The notes under the pieces are model-generated. The model was not told where the DNA came from, did not search any database, and worked only from the letters and a program-made list of their open reading frames with translations. Source: Lachnospiraceae bacterium (lineage in GTDB: Bacteria > Bacillota > Clostridia > Lachnospirales > Lachnospiraceae). From it: a stretch of 64,000 bases of DNA. Numbering within the stretch: position 1 is the stretch's first letter; each line of letters opens with the position of its first letter. The stretch lies in the NCBI GenBank assembly GCA_004552595.1, contig SFNX01000005.1:47496-111495 (forward strand), given 5' to 3'. Below are positions 1 through 9,380 of this stretch, piece after piece. Position numbers and translations under genes: made by a program.

Positions 1-100
1 AAATGAATGAAAAACTTTCAGGGGATGAAACGGATTCATCTGATAATGTATTTTCACTGTTTAATGCCGTATCGATATAAGCTGCTTATTCAATACTAAT

Positions 101-1060
101 ATGAAAGAATTTATTGTCACAAAACAAAATGAAGGGCAAAGATTTGATAAATATCTTACGCGTATTTTAAATAAAGGATCAATGTCTTTTATATTTAAGA
201 TGCTTAGAAAGAAAAACTTTGTTCTTAATGATAAAAAAGCTACAGGTAAGGAAATAATAAAGGAAGGCGATGTAGTTAAGCTTTATATTTCAGATGATAC
301 CTATAACAAATTTAAGACTGATTCTTTTACTGAAGAAGACATTAAGATAAGTGATCGTTTTAATATAAAAGACAGTATTGTATACGAAGACAAGGATATT
401 ATCCTTATAAATAAACCTGCAAATATGTTATCGCAGAAAGCTAAAAAAAATGATGTTTCACTTAATGAATATATAATTAATTATTTGATTTCTTCAGGAT
501 ATCTTAATGATGATAATATATTGGATTATAAACCTTCAGTAATTAACAGACTTGACAGAAATACTACAGGTATTGTCATAGCATGTAAAAATCTAAAAGC
601 AGCGCAGATATTATCCATGTCACTAAAGACAAGAGAGATTAATAAATACTATAAATGTCTTGTTAAAGGTGAATTCAATAAAGAAGGACTGTATAAAGGA
701 TATTTGAGTAAAGATAGTATTACTAATAAAGTCACTGTTACATCAGATAAAACAAGTGATGACTGTGATTTGATTGAAACAGAGTATAAGCTTCTTGAAT
801 ATAAAAATAATACTTCATTAGTATCAGTTCATCTGATAACGGGTAAATCACACCAGATAAGAGCCCATATGGCTTATCTTGGATTTCCGATTATTGGTGA
901 CAATAAATATGGGGACAAAAAATTAAGCAGTGAGTTTAATAAAAAATACCAGATGCTTCATGCATATAAGATAATATTCCCTAAATATGATGATGAACTG
1001 TCTTTTGATTTTTCGGGAAAAACATTTATTTGCGAACCGCAATTTAGATTAAGCTTATAG
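101..1060 (+). CDS. RluA-family pseudouridine synthase with S4-like N-terminus
   Basis: 319-aa ORF. Catalytic-Asp motif NRLDRNTTG. C-terminal HQIRAHMAYLGFPIIGDNKYG signature of the RluA/RluC/RluD family. S4-like QRFDKYL near the N-terminus. Confidence 0.85.
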   Translation: MKEFIVTKQNEGQRFDKYLTRILNKGSMSFIFKMLRKKNFVLNDKKATGKEIIKEGDVVKLYISDDTYNKFKTDSFTEEDIKISDRFNIKDSIVYEDKDIILINKPANMLSQKAKKNDVSLNEYIINYLISSGYLNDDNILDYKPSVINRLDRNTTGIVIACKNLKAAQILSMSLKTREINKYYKCLVKGEFNKEGLYKGYLSKDSITNKVTVTSDKTSDDCDLIETEYKLLEYKNNTSLVSVHLITGKSHQIRAHMAYLGFPIIGDNKYGDKKLSSEFNKKYQMLHAYKIIFPKYDDELSFDFSGKTFICEPQFRLSL

Positions 1061-1067
1061 GTACAAG

Positions 1068-1601
1068 ATGGCTACATGGAAAACGAGAGGACTTAGAGGT
1101 TCTACTCTTGAAGACTTAATTAACAGAACAAATGAGAGATATTCAGAAGCCGGTTTATGTCTTGTTCAGAAAATTCCGACTCCGATTACGCCAATAAATA
1201 TTGATTCTAAATCAAGACACATTACTCTTGCATACTTTGAGCAAAAGTCAACAGTCGATTATATTGGCGCAGCACAGGGAATTCCGATAGCTTTTGATGC
1301 AAAGGAATGCGCAAAGGATACATTTACCCTTGCAAATATTCATGAACATCAGGTTAGGTTTATGGATGATTTTGAAAAACAAGGAGGCATTGCCTTTTTC
1401 TTAATCTATTATACTCATAGAGATAAATACTATTATTTGAGATTTGAAAAACTTAAATATTTCTGGAAACGAATGAATACAGGCGGTAGAAAAAGCTTTA
1501 CATTTGATGAAACCGAGGAAGATTTCTTTTTAGAAAGTAAGGCAGGCATTTTCGTGCCATATCTTGATGGAGTAAATCTTGATTTGAGCAGACGGGATTG
1601 A
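1068..1601 (+). CDS. recU: Holliday junction resolvase RecU
   Basis: 177 aa, colinear with Bacillus RecU as I recall it (KIPTPI.., YFEQKSTVDYIG, FDAKEC catalytic region). Starts 8 nt after the preceding gene. Confidence 0.85.
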   Translation: MATWKTRGLRGSTLEDLINRTNERYSEAGLCLVQKIPTPITPINIDSKSRHITLAYFEQKSTVDYIGAAQGIPIAFDAKECAKDTFTLANIHEHQVRFMDDFEKQGGIAFFLIYYTHRDKYYYLRFEKLKYFWKRMNTGGRKSFTFDETEEDFFLESKAGIFVPYLDGVNLDLSRRD

Positions 1602-1653
1602 CAAACAAAATAAATAAATATATAATTCGCTTTGGTAATTCGCTAACGAATTA
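1598..1653 (+). promoter_or_regulatory. Consensus sigma-A promoter of the his operon plus 5' leader hairpin
   Basis: TTGACA (1598-1603), 17-nt spacer, TATAAT (1621-1626). The predicted leader begins with the hairpin TAATTCG-CTAA-CGAATTA (1636-1653). The leader is only about 60 nt, too short for a T-box. Confidence 0.55.
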
Positions 1654-1689
1654 GCACATTAACGCACTAAAGTATATGGAGAGATAATA

Positions 1690-2688
1690 ATGTATAATAA
1701 ATTACTACATACTCCTGAAGGCTTCAGGGATATATATGGAAATGAATATTATAAAAGACAGGACGTCAAAAATACACTTTTTGACACTATAAAAAAATAT
1801 AATTATATGAATATTGATTTGCCATCAATAGAATATTTTGATATTTTTTCTTCTGATATCGGTACAATACCATCAAATGAGCTTTTTAAGTTTTTTGACA
1901 AAGAAGGAAATACACTATGTCTTCGTCCTGACTTCACGCCATCTATTGCACGTGTTGCGGCTACTTATTTTGCGGATTATGAAGATATTTTAAGATTTGT
2001 ATATTCAGGACTTACATATGTTAATTCTTCTGACCTTCAAGGTAAGCTAAAAGAATCATTAGAAGTAGGCAGTGAATTAATAGGAGATGATTCGGTTAAG
2101 GCAGACTATGAAATCATATCAATAGTACTTGATTGTGCTAAGGCACTTAATATTGAAGACTTTCAGATAAGTATTGGTAATGTTGAATTCTTTAAAGGAT
2201 TATGTGAAGAGTTTGTTTTCGATGAAAAAACCGAAATGGACTTAAGAGATATGATTTCCAACAAGAATTATTTTGGTGCTAAGGGAATCCTTGATGCAAC
2301 TGATATTAATGAAGACGTTAAGGACTCCATATTAAGTATTTCGGAATTATTCGGTTCATATGAATGTCTTGAAAAAGCAATTGAAATGTCAGGGAACGGA
2401 CGATCAAAATATGCAATTAAAAGACTTATGGAATTATATGCGTTGCTTAAGAATGAAGGCAAAGAAAAATATATTTCGTTTGACTTAGGAATGCTTTCAA
2501 AATACAACTACTATACAGGAATCGTATTCAGAGGCTATACATACGGAAGCGGTGATGCAATATTTAAAGGCGGAAGGTATGATAAGCTTATCGAAAAATT
2601 TGGAAAAGATGCACCTGCTATAGGATTTTCAGCTAATGTCGACCAGCTTGTGTCGGTAATAACAAGAAATAAGAAAGAAAACAATTAA
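1690..2688 (+). CDS. hisZ: ATP phosphoribosyltransferase regulatory subunit HisZ (HisRS paralogue)
   Basis: 332 aa. Class-II aaRS-like core ([18 protein letters not shown]). Sits immediately upstream of a short-form hisG. Confidence 0.85.
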   Translation: MYNKLLHTPEGFRDIYGNEYYKRQDVKNTLFDTIKKYNYMNIDLPSIEYFDIFSSDIGTIPSNELFKFFDKEGNTLCLRPDFTPSIARVAATYFADYEDILRFVYSGLTYVNSSDLQGKLKESLEVGSELIGDDSVKADYEIISIVLDCAKALNIEDFQISIGNVEFFKGLCEEFVFDEKTEMDLRDMISNKNYFGAKGILDATDINEDVKDSILSISELFGSYECLEKAIEMSGNGRSKYAIKRLMELYALLKNEGKEKYISFDLGMLSKYNYYTGIVFRGYTYGSGDAIFKGGRYDKLIEKFGKDAPAIGFSANVDQLVSVITRNKKENN

Positions 2689-2701
2689 ATCCGAGGTATA
2701 T

Positions 2702-3358
2702 ATGAGATATTTAACTTTTGCATTAACTAAGGGCAGACTTGCCAATAAAACACTTGAACTACTTGAGAAAACAGGTATATATTGCGAGGAAATGAAAGAT
2801 AAAGACACAAGGAAGCTTATCTTTGTAAATGAGGAACTTAAGCTTAAGTTCTTTTTAGCCAAGGGTCCTGATGTACCTACATATGTGGAATATGGCGCTG
2901 CCGATATAGGTGTAGTAGGCAAAGACACAATTATGGAGGAAAACCGCAAAAATTACGAGGTTCTCGATTTAGGCTTCGGAAAATGCAGAATGTGTGTATG
3001 TGGTCCAAATAGTGCTAAAGAATTACTTAATTCACATGAAGTAATAAGAGTTGCAACCAAATACCCTGTAATAGCTAAAGATTATTTTCATAATGAGAAA
3101 CATAGAACAGTTGATATTATTAAGCTTAACGGTTCAATTGAATTGGCACCAATTGTCGGTCTTTCGGATGTTATCGTAGATATAGTTGAAACAGGTTCTA
3201 CATTAAGGGAAAACGGTCTTGAAGTATTAGAAGAAATTCATCCGATTTCTGCAAGAATGATTGTAAACAGAGTATCAATGAATATGGAAAGCAAGAGAAT
3301 TAACAATCTCATTAAAGATATTAAAGAAGTATTAAACGATAAGAACGGAGCTATATAA
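2702..3358 (+). CDS. hisG: ATP phosphoribosyltransferase, short form (HisG-S)
   Basis: 218 aa. [11 protein letters not shown]-terminus and [14 protein letters not shown] motif. The short form is consistent with HisZ dependence. Confidence 0.9.
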   Translation: MRYLTFALTKGRLANKTLELLEKTGIYCEEMKDKDTRKLIFVNEELKLKFFLAKGPDVPTYVEYGAADIGVVGKDTIMEENRKNYEVLDLGFGKCRMCVCGPNSAKELLNSHEVIRVATKYPVIAKDYFHNEKHRTVDIIKLNGSIELAPIVGLSDVIVDIVETGSTLRENGLEVLEEIHPISARMIVNRVSMNMESKRINNLIKDIKEVLNDKNGAI

Positions 3359-4647
3359 TGAGACAAATCAAATTAACTGAAGAAACAAAAAAGGATATAC
3401 TTACTACTTTATTAAAGCGTTCACCTTCACAGTATCCTGAATATGAAAAAACCGTATCTGAAATTCTTAATAATGTCAGAAATAACGGTGATAAAGCTGT
3501 ATTTGAATATACAGAAAAATTTGACGGATATAAATATGATGAAAATACTATAAGAGTAACAGAAAAAGAAATTAATGAAGCATATAATAATTACGATAAA
3601 GAACTTATTGCAATTATGGAAAAAGCTTTTAACAATATTAAGGAGTACCATGAGAAACAGAAACAGAATTCCTGGATTAGTACAAAGGAGGATGGTACTT
3701 TACTTGGAGTAAAGGTTTCTGCAATTGAAAAAGCCGGAGTTTATGTACCCGGCGGAAAAGCAGCATATCCATCGTCTACTCTTATGTGTGTTATTCCTGC
3801 ATTAGTAGCCGGTGTAGAAAGGATTGTAATGGTTACTCCGGCCAACAAGGAAGGAAAAGTGGCAGATTGTACTCTTGTTGCGGCAAAAATCTGTGGAGTT
3901 AATGAGATATATAAAGTTGGAGGAGCACAGGCAATTGCAGCTTTGGCTTACGGAACAGAAACAATTCCAAAAGTTGATAAAATTGTTGGACCCGGTAATA
4001 TTTTTGTGGCTTTGGCTAAAAAAGCAGTATTTGGACATGTAAGCATTGATTCTGTTGCGGGCCCTTCTGAAATACTTGTAATTGCAGATGATACTGCCAA
4101 CCCAAGATATGTTGCTGCTGATCTTTTGTCTCAAGCCGAACATGATCAGCTTGCATCAGCAATATTACTTACTACATCTAAGGAACTTGCTGACAAAGTA
4201 TCTGCAGAAGTTGATATTTTCTTAAAAGAATTATCAAGAACTGAAATAATTGAAAAGTCTTTAGAAAACTACGGATATATTATTTTGTGTGATTCAATTG
4301 ATGATGCTATTGATGCGGCAAATGAGATTGCATCTGAGCACCTTGAGATTTTAACAAAGAATCCGTATGAAACAATGACTAAGATAAAAAATGCAGGAGC
4401 TATCTTTTTAGGTGAATATTCTTCAGAGCCGTTAGGTGATTATTTTGCAGGACCAAATCATGTTCTTCCTACTAACGGAACAGCAAAGTTTTTCTCACCT
4501 TTATCTGTTGATGCATTTATCAAAAAGACAAGTATTATTTCATATTCTAAAGATGCACTTAAAGAAATTCACACTGATATTGAAAGATTTGCATTATCAG
4601 AAGGCCTCAGCGCACATGCAAATTCAATAAAAGTGCGATTTGAATAA
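3358..4647 (+). CDS. hisD: Histidinol dehydrogenase
   Basis: 429 aa with SQAEHD and [13 protein letters not shown] motifs. The ATG overlaps the hisG stop (TAATG). Confidence 0.92.
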   Translation: MRQIKLTEETKKDILTTLLKRSPSQYPEYEKTVSEILNNVRNNGDKAVFEYTEKFDGYKYDENTIRVTEKEINEAYNNYDKELIAIMEKAFNNIKEYHEKQKQNSWISTKEDGTLLGVKVSAIEKAGVYVPGGKAAYPSSTLMCVIPALVAGVERIVMVTPANKEGKVADCTLVAAKICGVNEIYKVGGAQAIAALAYGTETIPKVDKIVGPGNIFVALAKKAVFGHVSIDSVAGPSEILVIADDTANPRYVAADLLSQAEHDQLASAILLTTSKELADKVSAEVDIFLKELSRTEIIEKSLENYGYIILCDSIDDAIDAANEIASEHLEILTKNPYETMTKIKNAGAIFLGEYSSEPLGDYFAGPNHVLPTNGTAKFFSPLSVDAFIKKTSIISYSKDALKEIHTDIERFALSEGLSAHANSIKVRFE

Positions 4648-4674
4648 TATTTATATTTAAGAACAGGAGAAAAG

Positions 4675-5835
4675 ATGAACAGTTTATTAATCCCTGCTTT
4701 ATTTTTAAAAGATGAAAAGCTTGTATCAGATTTTTCAAATTATAATGTACTCTCTGATAATCCTGTAGATTATTCGGTTTCATTAGCAGCAAAAGGTGCA
4801 AATAAGATTATAATTTTTGATTTATCAAATACGGATTCAGAGCATGATAAAGCCTTGACTTGTATTAGGAATATAACAAGAGCTGTTGATATTCCAATAA
4901 TCGGTGCAGGTAATATTAAGCGCTTAGAGGATGTTAAGAAGATACTCTATGCAGGCTGTAAGGCTTGTGCTCTCAATATGTCTAAGGATTCAAATCTTAA
5001 GCTTATTGAAGAAGCATCTAAAAGATTTGAAAAAGACAAAATAATGGTTTGTATAAAAGAAGAGGGCGAATATTATAGTAACGAACCAATTATTAATGAA
5101 TATTCATCTGCCATAGTATCAATAAATGAGATGGTAACAGTTGATACTAACGAACTTACATTTATTCATATTGAAAAAGATCCTGACAGGCAGGTTTATT
5201 CAGTTAATATTGACTGCAAATACAAATGGTCGGACTTAAAAAAGAATTCAGATGGATATGTACCTGTAGTAGTTCAGGATTACAAGACTGATGAAGTATT
5301 AATGGTTGCATATATGAACGAAGAAGCGTTTAACAAAACGATTGATACAGGGGTAATGACATATTATTCACGTTCAAGAAATGAACTGTGGGTAAAGGGA
5401 CTTACAAGCGGACATTTTCAGTATGTTAAATCCATGTATGTAGATTGTGATTTGGATACAATACTTGTTAAGGTTTTACAGATTGGAAGTGCATGTCATA
5501 CAGGAAAGGGTAGTTGTTTCTTTAACGAGGCTTTCAGTCTTAATTCAAGTAATCACAATCCGTCGAAGGTTTTTGATGAGGTTATGGCAACTATTTTAGA
5601 CAGAAAAGTACATCCTAAGGAAGGAAGCTATACAAATTATTTGTTTGATAAAGGAATAGACAAAGTCCTTAAAAAAGTCGGAGAAGAAGCTACTGAAATA
5701 GTGATTGCAGCTAAAAATCCCGATAAAGAAGAGATTAAATATGAAATTGCAGATTTCTTATATCATGTAATGGTTCTTATGGCGCAAAAAGATGTTACAT
5801 GGGAAGATATTACTGAAGAACTTGCCAACAGATAA
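4675..5835 (+). CDS. hisIE: HisA/HisF-like partial TIM-barrel domain fused to bifunctional phosphoribosyl-AMP cyclohydrolase / phosphoribosyl-ATP pyrophosphatase (HisIE)
   Basis: 386 aa. Residues from about 190 to 290 match HisI ([49 protein letters not shown]). Residues from about 295 to 386 match HisE ([24 protein letters not shown]). Residues 1 to about 130 resemble the first half of HisA/HisF (LIPALFLKD.., IIFDLS.., [20 protein letters not shown]). Confidence 0.85.
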   Translation: MNSLLIPALFLKDEKLVSDFSNYNVLSDNPVDYSVSLAAKGANKIIIFDLSNTDSEHDKALTCIRNITRAVDIPIIGAGNIKRLEDVKKILYAGCKACALNMSKDSNLKLIEEASKRFEKDKIMVCIKEEGEYYSNEPIINEYSSAIVSINEMVTVDTNELTFIHIEKDPDRQVYSVNIDCKYKWSDLKKNSDGYVPVVVQDYKTDEVLMVAYMNEEAFNKTIDTGVMTYYSRSRNELWVKGLTSGHFQYVKSMYVDCDLDTILVKVLQIGSACHTGKGSCFFNEAFSLNSSNHNPSKVFDEVMATILDRKVHPKEGSYTNYLFDKGIDKVLKKVGEEATEIVIAAKNPDKEEIKYEIADFLYHVMVLMAQKDVTWEDITEELANR

Positions 5836-5934
5836 TTTATATATTGTATATATCGTTTATTCATGATATGATAATTGTTGACATAATATTTAATTGTGTT
5901 ATGGGTAGTATAAAACAATGGAGGGTGTTTACTA

Positions 5935-6717
5935 ATGATTTCAACAATTAAAAAAATAGTTATTCATGCAGCAATTGCCGCATTAGCTTTAATATCAGTT
6001 AATACATTTGATGTATATGCTGCAGGTAAGAATGCTAAATTTAACGTTACATTCATTTATGGAACAACAATAAATACTCAGCAGGTAAAAAGAGGTAAAG
6101 ATGCAATCGTTCCTGTTGATACTTTTGTTCCGGGATTTACATTTGCAGGATGGACAGACACAGCTGCCAATATACAGTCTGATAAGATTATTCTTGGTAT
6201 GTATACTCCTACAAAGGCCGCAGTAACTGCAAGTACTACACCTACACAGAACGGTATTGGTGGAAAGGCAATAAAGCTTAATAATAATGTATCTGCTCCT
6301 GCTTTACCATGGTGGGATATGTCTCTTAAGGGAGTACCTGGTAAGACTTGTGTAGTAAGATGGTACAACGGACATAACGGTGAACTTTGGAAGACAGATG
6401 TAGTTCCATACGGAACAACACTTGATGATCCGGGCAATCCTTGTCTGCACGGATATGATTTTGTCGGCTGGGAAGGTTCATGGGAGAATATCACTGAAGA
6501 CAGAAACATTAAAGCCTGGTATTACCACTTAAATAAAGTCAGATTTATTGATGACTATACAGGTGATGTAATTGATGAAAAGTGGGTTCGTGACGGAGAG
6601 GGAGTTGGCGAACCAAGAATACCTGAACATCATGGTATGGACTTTGATTGCTTCTCAAGAAGTCTTTCAAATATCAACGGAGATACAGATATTTACTTAT
6701 ATTATAAAGAAGATTAA
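5935..6717 (+). CDS. Secreted protein with Listeria-Bacteroides-type repeats
   Basis: 260 aa. N-terminal signal peptide (KKIVIHAAIAALALISVNTFDVYAAG). Repeated G(F/Y)xFxGW motifs (PGFTFAGWTD, HGYDFVGWEG). Followed by a strong terminator. Confidence 0.7.
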   Translation: MISTIKKIVIHAAIAALALISVNTFDVYAAGKNAKFNVTFIYGTTINTQQVKRGKDAIVPVDTFVPGFTFAGWTDTAANIQSDKIILGMYTPTKAAVTASTTPTQNGIGGKAIKLNNNVSAPALPWWDMSLKGVPGKTCVVRWYNGHNGELWKTDVVPYGTTLDDPGNPCLHGYDFVGWEGSWENITEDRNIKAWYYHLNKVRFIDDYTGDVIDEKWVRDGEGVGEPRIPEHHGMDFDCFSRSLSNINGDTDIYLYYKED

Positions 6718-6732
6718 TTGTATAAATATTTA

Positions 6733-6767
6733 CAGAGCACATGTAATATGTGCTCTGTTTTTTTTTT
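6733..6767 (+). terminator. Rho-independent terminator
   Basis: Perfect 10-bp stem CAGAGCACAT / ATGTGCTCTG with a 5-nt loop, followed by a run of 10 T. Confidence 0.85.
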
Positions 6768-6822
6768 CATATATTTGGTAAAATAAACTCTGTATGTGAT
6801 TATTTTTAAGAAAGAAAAAGAA

Positions 6823-8694
6823 ATGGAAAAAAGAGCGTTATCAGATAAGATATTATTAAAAATTGACAAGCCTGCCAGATATATTGGTCATGAAATAAAT
6901 GCAATATATAAAGATAAATCAAAAATTGATATAAGATTTTGTATGTGTTTTCCTGATGTGTATGAAATTGGTATGTCTCATCTTGGAATTCAAATTTTAT
7001 ATGATTTATTTAATAAACGTGATGATGTCTGGTGTGAACGAGTATATTCACCATGGATTGATCTACATCAGATAATGAAGGCAGAAAATATTCCTCTGTT
7101 TGCTTTAGAATCACAGGATAACATTAAAGATTTTAACTTCCTTGGAATAACACTTCAATACGAAATGTGTTATACAAATATAATTCAGATTCTTGATTTA
7201 TCACAAATTCCAATCTATGCAATAGACCGGAAAAATGATGACACAATAGTAATTGGCGGAGGACCTTGTGCATATAATCCTGAGCCTATTGCTGACTTTT
7301 TTGATCTGTTTTATATAGGTGAAGGTGAAGTGAGCTATAATATGCTTCTTGATCTATATAAGGAATGTAAAAAGGAAGGCTTTAATCGACAGAAATTTCT
7401 TCGTATGGCATCAAAAATAGATGGGATTTACGTTCCGTCACTTTATAATGTTGAATATAACGAAGATATGACAATTAATAAATTTGAACCAATTTATGAG
7501 GATGTTCCGTCGAAGGTAAAAAAGACTGCAGTTGAAGATTTTACATTCAGTCCATATCCGACAGAGCCGATTGTTCCATATATAAAAGCAACTCAGGACA
7601 GGGTTGTTCTTGAAATTCAACGCGGTTGCATAAGAGGATGCAGATTCTGTCAGGCGGGAATGATTTACAGACCTGTTAGAGAAAAAAATATAGAACAACT
7701 AAAAGAAATTGCAAAAAAAATGCTTGATTCTACCGGGCATGAGGAAATATGCTTAAGTTCCTTATCTTCATCTGATTACACAGAACTCAAGGAACTGTTA
7801 ACATTCCTTATTGAATATGGAAAGGAAAAGCATGTTAATATTTCTTTGCCTTCGTTAAGAATTGATGCATTTTCTCTTGATGTAATGAGTAAAGTCCAGG
7901 ATATTAAAAAGAGTTCTCTTACATTTGCTCCTGAAGCCGGCTCTCAAAGGCTTAGAAATGTTATAAATAAAGGACTTACTGAAGAAGTAATTCTTAATGG
8001 TGCAAAGCTTGCATTTTTAGGAGGCTGGAGTAAGGTGAAGCTTTATTTTATGCTTGGACAGCCATATGAAACGAATGATGATATAAGAGGAATAGCAGAG
8101 CTTTCCAATGAAATAGCAAAGCTTTATTATGACACTATTCCTAAAGAAGAAAGAAAAGGGAAAAAAGTACATATTACTTCTTCGACTTCATTTTTTGTTC
8201 CAAAACCATTCACACCTTTTCAATGGGCAAGACAATGCACAAAAGAAGAATTTCTTGAAAAAGCAAGATATACAAAAGAGTGCATGAAGGAACAGATTAA
8301 CTTTAAATCCATTCAATATAACTGGCATGAAGCCGATTTAAGCGTTCTTGAAGGACTATTTGCAAGAGGGGACAGAAGGCTTAGTAAAGTATTACTAAGA
8401 GCATACGAAAAAGGCTGTCTTTTTGACTCATGGACAGAAGAGTATAAGCCTTGGGTATGGGATGAAACGTTAGAAGAATGTAAAGTAGATGTTTCCTTCT
8501 ATACACATAGAGAAAGAAGTGTTGATGAAATACTTCCATGGGATTTTATTGATACATGTGTTAGCAAGAAATTTCTTGTTAATGAATGGTTAAAAGCCAA
8601 GGAAGAACTAATTACGCCAAACTGCAGACAAAAATGCAGTGCATGCGGTGCGGCTGTAATTAAGGGAGGTGTGTGCCATGAAAGTAAGAATTAA
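6823..8694 (+). CDS. Radical SAM protein with N-terminal B12-binding-like domain (uncharacterised TIGR03960-like family, accession from memory)
   Basis: CxxxCxxC cluster motif GCIRGCRFC at 7627-7650. About 620 aa. C-terminal Cys-rich tail (CRQKCSACG). Start placed at the ATG at 6823 (MEKRALS); the track ORF begins at the GTG at 6796. Confidence 0.85.
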   Translation: MEKRALSDKILLKIDKPARYIGHEINAIYKDKSKIDIRFCMCFPDVYEIGMSHLGIQILYDLFNKRDDVWCERVYSPWIDLHQIMKAENIPLFALESQDNIKDFNFLGITLQYEMCYTNIIQILDLSQIPIYAIDRKNDDTIVIGGGPCAYNPEPIADFFDLFYIGEGEVSYNMLLDLYKECKKEGFNRQKFLRMASKIDGIYVPSLYNVEYNEDMTINKFEPIYEDVPSKVKKTAVEDFTFSPYPTEPIVPYIKATQDRVVLEIQRGCIRGCRFCQAGMIYRPVREKNIEQLKEIAKKMLDSTGHEEICLSSLSSSDYTELKELLTFLIEYGKEKHVNISLPSLRIDAFSLDVMSKVQDIKKSSLTFAPEAGSQRLRNVINKGLTEEVILNGAKLAFLGGWSKVKLYFMLGQPYETNDDIRGIAELSNEIAKLYYDTIPKEERKGKKVHITSSTSFFVPKPFTPFQWARQCTKEEFLEKARYTKECMKEQINFKSIQYNWHEADLSVLEGLFARGDRRLSKVLLRAYEKGCLFDSWTEEYKPWVWDETLEECKVDVSFYTHRERSVDEILPWDFIDTCVSKKFLVNEWLKAKEELITPNCRQKCSACGAAVIKGGVCHESKN

Positions 8695-9379
8695 GTTTTC
8701 AAAATGCGGTGCACTTAAGTTTATCGGACACCTCGATGTAATGAGATATTTTCAAAAGCTTATGAGAAGGGCTGATATCCCAATTGCTTATTCGGAAGGC
8801 TTTTCACCTCATCAAATTATGTCCTTTGCGATGCCGCTTGGTATTGGAGATGAGAGTATTGCAGAATATGTTGATATAGAACTTAATTCATATATCAGTT
8901 CAAACGATGCAATAAACAGACTTAATGAAAAGTCAGTAGATGAAATAAGAATTCTTTCATTTAAGGAAATACCGGAAGGCAAAGCTTATAATGCAATGTC
9001 CAGCATTAGTGCTGCTTCATATGAAATTAAAATAAGGGATGAGAATAAGCCTGAATTTGATTTTGAAAAAGCATTTTATGATTTACTTGATAAAGATCAG
9101 GTGATTGTTACAAAACAGTCAAAGAAATCAGAAAATACGCTTGATATTAAACCGTTTATTTATGAATACAATATAAACGGAGACGTTATTTCTTTGCTTG
9201 TATCGTGTGGCTCTGTAATGAATATTAAGCCTGAGCTTGTAATAAAAGCTGTTTTTGATTCTATGAATAAAGAATTTGATGAATATTTTATTACAATTAA
9301 AAGAACCGAAATGTATACAGGCGTATATAATGAAAAGTCTTTTAAATCATTAGAGGATGTAGGAAAAGACATTTTATAA
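8678..9379 (+). CDS. Radical-SAM-linked protein (DUF2344 / TIGR03936-like, accession from memory)
   Basis: About 233 aa. N-terminus MKVRIKFSKxGxLKFIGHLDxMRxFxRxxRRAxIP is typical of this family. GGGAGG ribosome-binding site 8 nt upstream of the ATG at 8678. Overlaps the end of the radical SAM gene by 17 nt. Confidence 0.8.
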   Translation: MKVRIKFSKCGALKFIGHLDVMRYFQKLMRRADIPIAYSEGFSPHQIMSFAMPLGIGDESIAEYVDIELNSYISSNDAINRLNEKSVDEIRILSFKEIPEGKAYNAMSSISAASYEIKIRDENKPEFDFEKAFYDLLDKDQVIVTKQSKKSENTLDIKPFIYEYNINGDVISLLVSCGSVMNIKPELVIKAVFDSMNKEFDEYFITIKRTEMYTGVYNEKSFKSLEDVGKDIL

Positions 9380-9380
9380 T

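Noticed and set aside
1-80. Open frame ending at the TAA at 78-80 (..MNEKLSGDETDSSDNVFSLFNAVSI*), possibly the C-terminus of a gene that begins left of the window
   Set aside because: Only 25 codons are visible, with no motif. I cannot tell whether this is a real gene tail or non-coding sequence.
1602-1689. Possible T-box or riboswitch leader in front of hisZ
   Set aside because: Only about 60 nt lie between the predicted transcription start and the ATG, with a single 7-bp hairpin. This is far too short for a T-box (about 200 nt or more), and there is no specifier or antiterminator architecture.
2629-4143. Short - strand ORFs within hisZ, hisG and hisD (2268-2507, 2629-2949, 3427-3651, 3802-4143), and comparable ones throughout the + strand half
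   Set aside because: These are antisense to well-supported his genes. The predicted peptides are Phe/Ile/Ser/Asn-rich, as expected from the reverse complement of AT-rich coding sequence.
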